Both the position numbers and the translations under genes were made by a program. The notes under the pieces were generated by a model. The model was given only the letters and a program-made list of their open reading frames with translations, ran no database searches and had not been told where the DNA came from. From a virus (Duplodnaviria; Caudoviricetes): a stretch of 54,960 nucleotides of DNA. This document shows, piece by piece, positions 50,146-54,960 of this stretch. The stretch is from IMG/VR virus record IMGVR_UViG_3300030090_005625, positions 1 to 54,960 of that record; one strand, written 5' to 3'. Within the stretch, counting starts at the first letter, position 1, and every line of letters begins with the position of its first letter.

Positions 50146-50723
50146 TGTCTGATTTAAGCGATTTACACGATTACGAAAGTAAACCCAAGAAAAAGAATCC
50201 TTTTCGTAGTAAACCAATACCGAAGAGCAGGATAGAATGGGCCATTAGGTCAACATTATCTATTAGAGCGGCTGCTAAGCATCTCGGTGTTAGTTATAAT
50301 ACATTTAAGAAATACGCCAAAATGTATGATTTATTCGAGAGTAATAAAAATCAAAGTGGTAAGGGAATAACGACAAAAGGTAATACTGGGTGGGGTGTTA
50401 AAATACAAGATTTGTTTGACGGAAAACATCCTAAATATCCACATTGGAAGTTGCAAGAAAGAGTGGTGCGAGACGGTTATTTGAAACAAGAGTGCAGTAA
50501 TTGTGGTTATGATGATTATAGAGAAACAGATATGAGAGGCCCGTTCTTGATATGTTTTCTTGATGGTGATTCAAGTAATTATGCGTTAGATAATCTTTAT
50601 TTATTATGTTACAATTGTTTCTTCATAGTTAAACCAACTGGTCGTATGTTATCAACGCCAAAAAATGTCACGTTATTACGTAAGAAATTAGAAGAAGTAT
50701 GGGTGGAAAAGGATGAGGAATAA
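50145..50723 (+). CDS. HTH + zinc-binding HNH-like protein (apparently degenerate active site)
   Basis: SIRAAAKHLGVSYNTFKKY HTH; CSNCG...DGD..N...NL.LLCYNC. Confidence 0.75.
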   Translation: MSDLSDLHDYESKPKKKNPFRSKPIPKSRIEWAIRSTLSIRAAAKHLGVSYNTFKKYAKMYDLFESNKNQSGKGITTKGNTGWGVKIQDLFDGKHPKYPHWKLQERVVRDGYLKQECSNCGYDDYRETDMRGPFLICFLDGDSSNYALDNLYLLCYNCFFIVKPTGRMLSTPKNVTLLRKKLEEVWVEKDEE

Positions 50724-50749
50724 TATTTATATACAAATGGAGACCAACC

Positions 50750-50980
50750 TTGAATCAAGCCGATAAAAAAGAATTTGAAATCATTCACAACAAGATAGAT
50801 ATCTTAACCAAGGATATCAAGTTCATCAAAGAAAATTTATTCAATCCACATGAAGGGTTATGGGCGGAGACAAAACTCAATACTCAGTTTCGTCAATCAA
50901 CATCCAAGTGGAGAGGCGTAATAGGTACAGGTTTCGTAGGGTTATTTATCAAACACGTCTGGGATATGTTCAATCCATAA
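50750..50980 (+). CDS. Small coiled-coil protein with C-terminal hydrophobic segment
   Basis: TTG start with GGAG RBS; WRGVIGTGFVGLFI. Confidence 0.6.
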   Translation: MNQADKKEFEIIHNKIDILTKDIKFIKENLFNPHEGLWAETKLNTQFRQSTSKWRGVIGTGFVGLFIKHVWDMFNP

Positions 50981-50981
50981 A

Positions 50982-51299
50982 ATGTACGACCATTATAAAT
51001 CAGTACCAGACCCAGCCACAAAAGTAAATCACAAGAAGAAAAAACCAAAGTTAGTAGCGGTAGTAGACGAGGATAACTGCACAGGATGTCAAGTGTGCGT
51101 TCCGTTCTGTCCCGTGGATTGTATAGAGCCAGTTCCAAAGGACAAATACGATATACCGATACCGCCTGTTCAGATTAGATTCGATGAGTGTATCGGGTGT
51201 CAGATATGTGCAAAGGTTTGTACAGCGTTAACGTGGGACGCCATCAGAATGATGAAGACCGAGGAGTTCGAGGAAGTTTACGACTATGAAATTTCGTGA
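50982..51299 (+). CDS. 2[4Fe-4S] dicluster ferredoxin
   Basis: CTGCQVCVPFCP and CIGCQICAKVC motifs. Confidence 0.92.
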   Translation: MYDHYKSVPDPATKVNHKKKKPKLVAVVDEDNCTGCQVCVPFCPVDCIEPVPKDKYDIPIPPVQIRFDECIGCQICAKVCTALTWDAIRMMKTEEFEEVYDYEIS

Positions 51300-51423
51300 C
51301 ATGAGAGGATGGTAAAAAAATTTTTTTAATAAAACAAAGTTACGTTATATATATGAGTATAGAGAGGGAACACCCGAAGTTAAGACCCTCATTACCCGAC
51401 ACCTTGTTAGTTAGGAAACCGAA

Positions 51424-51735
51424 ATGAAAGGAATACACAAATTAATAGTTACACTGCTCTTACTTATCACATTTGTTGATACATCACCAACAAAAACCAA
51501 ACCAACATTGATTACATTGAAACTCAATTCCTCCGAAATCGTAAACGATTCCGAAGGTAGAAAATCATTTGAAAGGCTCAAACCATCAAATCTATTTTTT
51601 ATATTTCCCAAGACCAAGTTCAAGCAAGACTACGTGGAGCACCTCAAGTTCGAGATACGTCAGCTCAACGATAACAGCTTTGAAATATTGGGTAGCCCAA
51701 TAGACTGGCCACAATATGAAGGGAGCGTGAAATGA
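51424..51735 (+). CDS. Hypothetical exported protein
   Basis: AGGA RBS; N-terminal signal-like hydrophobic stretch. Confidence 0.6.
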   Translation: MKGIHKLIVTLLLLITFVDTSPTKTKPTLITLKLNSSEIVNDSEGRKSFERLKPSNLFFIFPKTKFKQDYVEHLKFEIRQLNDNSFEILGSPIDWPQYEGSVK

Positions 51736-51845
51736 GCGAACGCGAGGAGGCAATCAATAGGGATTTGCTAATATTGATGATGCATAGACAACCCAATTTA
51801 ATCACGCGTCTTTGGTCAAGATGGATGAGGTGCGTGTCATGTTAA
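51732..51845 (+). CDS. 37-aa hypothetical peptide, not in ORF track
   Basis: GGAG RBS, ATGA overlap, MSEREEAINRDLLILMMHRQ... Confidence 0.4.
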   Translation: MSEREEAINRDLLILMMHRQPNLITRLWSRWMRCVSC

Positions 51846-52051
51846 CGCATAACATCGCTACAATCCTGAAGAACCTAATGGAGTACGCCGTCAACTCCAT
51901 GAAATCATTCTTGTTGTTCTTTAGTGTGGAGCACAACAAAATGGATTATAGCGATGACGATGACATTCATGAACCAGATGATGACTTCATGGAAGATGAT
52001 GGCGAGGATGACTTCGTGCAATACAAGGGGCCATACTGTGAGACTCCGTAA
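51839..52051 (+). CDS. Small protein with very acidic C-terminal tail
   Basis: In frame of ORF 51812..52051; start uncertain (51839 or 51941); tail MDYSDDDDIHEPDDDFMEDDGEDD. Confidence 0.5.
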   Translation: MLTHNIATILKNLMEYAVNSMKSFLLFFSVEHNKMDYSDDDDIHEPDDDFMEDDGEDDFVQYKGPYCETP

Positions 52052-52190
52052 TCAGATTAGAATCGTTAAGGTGATTTGGTTGGTGTGGATATGCTATATG
52101 GTATCGCTGATGGGTTGCGAGGATACATACGTGATGGGGTATAATAGCAATCTAGAGACGCTCGATACCGATAGTCTGTATGTGCAATGA
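52038..52190 (+). CDS. Small putative lipoprotein
   Basis: GTG start; MRLRNQIRIVKVIWLVWICYMVSLMGC lipobox; CED after Cys as in 49361..49888. Confidence 0.5.
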   Translation: MRLRNQIRIVKVIWLVWICYMVSLMGCEDTYVMGYNSNLETLDTDSLYVQ

Positions 52191-52258
52191 TTTGGTTATT
52201 CAAACGCGTGATGGATTGGATAGAGCAATTCAATACATGGGATGAGTAAAAAAGTTTT

Positions 52259-52486
52259 TTGCTCGAGCTCTGTTGGCCGATTCAAAACAAAGTTTTATTT
52301 CAATGCGTTCTATTTATAATTAATCCGAACGATTTCCAATCATGTGGTTTTGAACTGCATGGAATTAATAATCATCATTATCGTGACCTTGCTCTATTGG
52401 ACTTGGTTGATACGATACCTCAAGAAACACTAACCCACATTAAAAAGCAATACGTCGTTTTTGACACATTTATGGAGTTTTCATAG
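52259..52486 (+). CDS. Hypothetical protein (start uncertain)
   Basis: 75-aa ORF; nearest ATG (52242) is out of frame by one base across A6/T6 runs. Confidence 0.35.
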   Translation: MLELCWPIQNKVLFQCVLFIINPNDFQSCGFELHGINNHHYRDLALLDLVDTIPQETLTHIKKQYVVFDTFMEFS

Positions 52487-52491
52487 GTATG

Positions 52492-52581
52492 CCTACCACC
52501 TTTTCACAATCCCATTCCACAAACACTCCATAACACACCACTCCACTTCTACCCCCCATTCCCCATCTTTCCCCACCTTTT
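52492..52581. other. 90-nt G-free, C-rich tract (G-runs on minus strand)
   Basis: No G on the + strand from 52492 to 52581; C6, C4, C4 runs at 52552-52574. Confidence 0.85.
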
Positions 52582-52675
52582 GATATAGTTTATTACTGGA
52601 GGCCATCCAGAATATCCTGTTATAATATGGTGAAAACTAATACACGTCCGTGACGCCCGGAATTTTTTGCCCTAT

Positions 52676-52772
52676 ATGACGATTTGACATACTTGGATTA
52701 CCTACCCAGTTGATGACAAAATGACAAGCCTGTTATTTTTTTTGCTAATTTTCATGTATGTCATATTGTCAT
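52676..52772. repeat. Three bipartite ATGAC(A)-nn-nTGACA sites (two direct, one inverted)
   Basis: ATGACGATTTGACA 52676-52689, ATGACAAAATGACA 52713-52726, TGTCATATTGTCAT 52759-52772. Confidence 0.7.
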
Positions 52773-52786
52773 GTTGAGCAAAATAG

Positions 52787-52825
52787 AAAAAAGCTCTTGA
52801 CTTTTACTGGCTAATGTCGTATATT
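52787..52825 (+). promoter_or_regulatory. Early promoter P1
   Basis: AAAAAAGCTC-TTGACT(52797-52802)-N17-TATATT(52820-52825). Confidence 0.82.
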
Positions 52826-52891
52826 TGTATGTTGTGGGGTAGGCCTACTACCAGGCCAGTCCAAAAAAACGAAAAAAGCCGTGATTTTTTT

Positions 52892-52931
52892 AAAAAAGCT
52901 CTTGACTTGTATTGTGTGCATACCGTATATT
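52892..52931 (+). promoter_or_regulatory. Early promoter P2
   Basis: AAAAAAGCTC-TTGACT(52902-52907)-N18-TATATT(52926-52931)TAGGTAT. Confidence 0.82.
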
Positions 52932-52969
52932 TAGGTATGAAAAATGATAATAAAACAAAAGGAAACGAA

Positions 52970-53113
52970 ATGAACTACGAAGATTACATGGAATTACTTT
53001 CTGAAGAGATAGGCCAGTCACTTGAAATAGAAGCTATGGAAGAAGCGTTGTCTGATATGGAAGAGGAATATGGTAGTGAGACCGTCAACGATTATATGAA
53101 TTATGGTGTGTAA
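52970..53113 (+). CDS. 47-aa highly acidic early peptide
   Basis: AAAGGA RBS downstream of P2; 15 D/E and no K/R/H; the ORF-track extension to 52814 runs through promoters. Confidence 0.7.
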   Translation: MNYEDYMELLSEEIGQSLEIEAMEEALSDMEEEYGSETVNDYMNYGV

Positions 53114-53125
53114 TAAAAAAAAGTG

Positions 53126-53165
53126 AAAAAAGCTCTTGACACGTATACTGGTTATGTTGTATATT
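53126..53165 (+). promoter_or_regulatory. Early promoter P3
   Basis: AAAAAAGCTC-TTGACA(53136-53141)-N18-TATATT(53160-53165)TAGGTAT. Confidence 0.85.
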
Positions 53166-53185
53166 TAGGTATAAGATTTAGATGA

Positions 53186-53735
53186 GTGGAGAAGGTTTTG
53201 GGTTTCTCATTTCACCCGTTCTTTCCCTTCTCCACAAAAGATTCGAAAGACAAGAAGGGCGTTGATAGGAGATTAATCACCTCCTGAGTCTAATGGAGTT
53301 CTGAGAAACGAAGAGCTGATTACTTGAGTTTTGTTTGAGGGGCTGTAGGGTTCAAATCCCTACCTTGTCTACAAGATTTAAAATTAGAGAGCCGAAATAA
53401 TCCGTAAAGACATCGGCGGTGTGGTGAGACACTTGAAGTGGTATTCGTGATAGGGTTGAATTACGTACTAGAGACCCGAGACAGCCTCTCTTCTAAGTTT
53501 AAAGAGTAGTGGATAAACACCACAAACCCTAGAGCGATAATATCAAACGACGGAGCGTGAGGACTTCCCCACTACTCAAAGAATTAAACAACAAGTGGTG
53601 GGTAAATGGGATACCGACGCGTAGAGACATAGATACTGACGTGTTCCACCACGAAAATTTAGAGTAGTGGAGATATAACGGCTTGGTTCGAATCCAAGAG
53701 ACTTGCAATTTTAATAGGTGATTTCGGTCATCTAT
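53186..53735 (+). ncRNA. Array of structured non-coding RNA domains separated by A-rich linkers
   Basis: Closing stems GTGGAGAAGG/CCTTCTCCAC, AGACAAG/CTTGTCT, AGAGAG/CTCTCT, GAGTAGTGG/CCACTACTC, GTGGTGG/CCACCAC; two T-arm motifs; final TTCG hairpin; no + strand ORF of 60 aa or more. Confidence 0.65.
53248..53371 (+). ncRNA. Non-canonical tRNA-like RNA (124 nt)
   Basis: 7-bp acceptor-like stem + discriminator A; T-arm GTAGGG-TTCAAAT-CCCTAC; enlarged D-arm and no canonical 7-nt anticodon loop. Confidence 0.6.
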
Positions 53736-53782
53736 AAAATACTTATAATAAACAATCAAGCCTGTGAGGTAAAAAGCATTTT

Positions 53783-53953
53783 ATGACATCAGAACGAATA
53801 GACAACATGATAATGAAAGAAATAGTATACGATATAACGGCGGGTAACCTTTTGACCGACGCTGATGACGCAACACTCAGCATGATGTTGCAACACATGC
53901 AACACGTCAAGGAATACTTTCGAGAGAACGGGGTGATAATTGGAGAGGCATGA
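53783..53953 (+). CDS. 56-aa hypothetical protein, not in ORF track
   Basis: GAGGT RBS-like motif; MTSERIDNMIMKEIVYDITAGNLLTDADDATL... Confidence 0.55.
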   Translation: MTSERIDNMIMKEIVYDITAGNLLTDADDATLSMMLQHMQHVKEYFRENGVIIGEA

Positions 53954-54074
53954 CCCACCTGTACTAATTTGTCGTGAATCCAGAAGTATGTCATGCTGTC
54001 ATACGGCTCGGACTCGTCCGCATGTCGAGGTAAGCTTTTTCACCTATAGGAATTAATAAACATCGGTATCACAA

Positions 54075-54281
54075 GTGATAAACACTATTACTAAAACCAA
54101 GAAACTTAAACAATTAAATCTTGCTCAGTTCTATATCCAACTGGTGACAGCTGGTCTTTTTGCGTATTTATCCATACGTGACGCCGACATGGTCAAGATG
54201 TTGATTGCTTTCCTCTTGTTGCTTAGCTGGACATTGGGTTATTGGAGACATAGAATCGTTAGAAGAAGATTAATGAAATAG
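54075..54281 (+). CDS. Small two-TM membrane protein
   Basis: Two hydrophobic segments with basic ends. Confidence 0.6.
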   Translation: MINTITKTKKLKQLNLAQFYIQLVTAGLFAYLSIRDADMVKMLIAFLLLLSWTLGYWRHRIVRRRLMK

Positions 54282-54290
54282 GAGTTATGA

Positions 54291-54473
54291 ATGAGTAAAA
54301 AGAAATTAAAGGTTGGTGATTTCGTCTATCCAACATTACCAGGCGTCATGGAACCAGGTGACCCATGTTATGTTGTGGAAAAGATAGATGGTGATATGCA
54401 TACAATCGTTCAAACAATCAAGCACTACAAGAGCACGTTGGTCGTTCCCTCTAGTAAGCTCAGGAGGTTGTGA
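54291..54473 (+). CDS. Small SH3/KOW-like hypothetical protein
   Basis: AGGAG RBS; LKVGDFV start and beta-rich pattern. Confidence 0.6.
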   Translation: MSKKKLKVGDFVYPTLPGVMEPGDPCYVVEKIDGDMHTIVQTIKHYKSTLVVPSSKLRRL

Positions 54474-54718
54474 TGAGCATAATGGACGCGTTAAGGATTA
54501 TGTGCGAGTATTTCGATGATGATAGGGCACTAGGGGAGTACGTGCGTATGCTGACCGAGATACCGCAAGGGAGTTTGGATTTAAAGGAATTCAAAATGGA
54601 TTTATCGGACTTCAGAACTAAACATTTTGCGGATGATTTCCACGAGGGGAAGCAAACCCAGTCATTCACGCTGGATGAATTATTGAAAAACACAGGGATT
54701 ACCAAAAATGAACAATGA
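54470..54718 (+). CDS. Hypothetical protein
   Basis: AGGAGG RBS, overlap with upstream stop. Confidence 0.6.
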   Translation: MMSIMDALRIMCEYFDDDRALGEYVRMLTEIPQGSLDLKEFKMDLSDFRTKHFADDFHEGKQTQSFTLDELLKNTGITKNEQ

Positions 54719-54908
54719 TAATTATGACCCTCTTCTCTGGTATAAACAAACTATAGAGCGTATGTCTTGGGATGAGATACAGGATTTGATGACTGAACGA
54801 ATACAAAATGGTTCTTGGGATAATTTCGTCAAGACTCTGGGTAAACCACCACACGTTATAAAGCATGATTACTTCATAAAGCAGATGAACAAGGATAAAC
54901 ATGAATAA
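54708..54908 (+). CDS. Hypothetical protein
   Basis: 66-aa ORF overlapping neighbours. Confidence 0.55.
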   Translation: MNNDNYDPLLWYKQTIERMSWDEIQDLMTERIQNGSWDNFVKTLGKPPHVIKHDYFIKQMNKDKHE

Positions 54909-54960
54909 AAAAAAATTAACCTCACCGATTGACTCAATAGTTATAGACATGATACTTGAC

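Noticed and set aside
51364-51390. GAGGG/CCCTC hairpin upstream of 51424 as a riboswitch
   Set aside because: Only a 5-bp stem with no recognisable aptamer consensus
52814-52969. N-terminal extension of the 99-aa ORF 52814-53113
   Set aside because: It runs through promoters P1 and P2; the RBS supports a start at 52970
52787-53165. CRISPR array or mini-array (repeated AAAAAAGCTCTTGAC)
   Set aside because: The repeats are irregularly spaced (105 and 234 nt) and match -35/-10 promoters; the Cas4-like nuclease is a common stand-alone phage gene
53248-53706. Canonical tRNA genes
   Set aside because: T-arms are present but there is no standard D-loop or 7-nt anticodon loop at the right spacing; reported as tRNA-like instead
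862-54950. Minus-strand and nested ORFs in the track (e.g. 18190-18774, 9173-9544, 45538-45873, 53529-53759)
   Set aside because: They are shadows of well-supported + strand genes or RNAs, with no RBS or recognisable motifs
1-54960. Stop-codon reassignment
   Set aside because: Standard-code ORFs are full length and densely packed, and TAA, TAG and TGA all end genes at sensible positions

Overview
This window is a 55-kb, AT-rich segment with essentially all genes on the + strand, from a large T4-related (Far-T4-like) dsDNA bacteriophage rather than a bacterial chromosome. It has four parts. (1) 1-16.5 kb is a replication and nucleotide module: 5'-3' exonuclease, DnaB/gp41 helicase, class II RNR, family B polymerase, clamp and clamp loader, DUF1599, Cas4-like nuclease and SLOG protein. 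A TonB-dependent receptor and a GT-B glycosyltransferase are inserted in it. (2) 16.5-49 kb is a contiguous run of about 35 soluble glycan genes covering nonulosonic acid, GDP-fucose/colitose, UDP-uronic acid and C-methyl-sugar pathways, many glycosyltransferases and tailoring enzymes (including a plant-type DUF579 O-methyltransferase fusion). It has no recognisable flippase, polymerase or initiating transferase. (3) 49-52.5 kb holds small genes (lipoproteins, degenerate HNH, ferredoxin). (4) 52.5-55 kb is a probable genome end/early region with a 90-nt G-free tract, TGACA-repeat sites and three tandem sigma70-type promoters. These precede a very acidic peptide and an approximately 550-nt array of structured RNAs, including a non-canonical tRNA-like element. 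The best candidates for new biology are the structured-RNA array, the export-less glycan factory with a possibly clamp-tethered DNA glycosyltransferase, and the pseudoknot-led TonB receptor next to the B12-dependent RNR. All calls come from motif recognition by eye; no searches were run.
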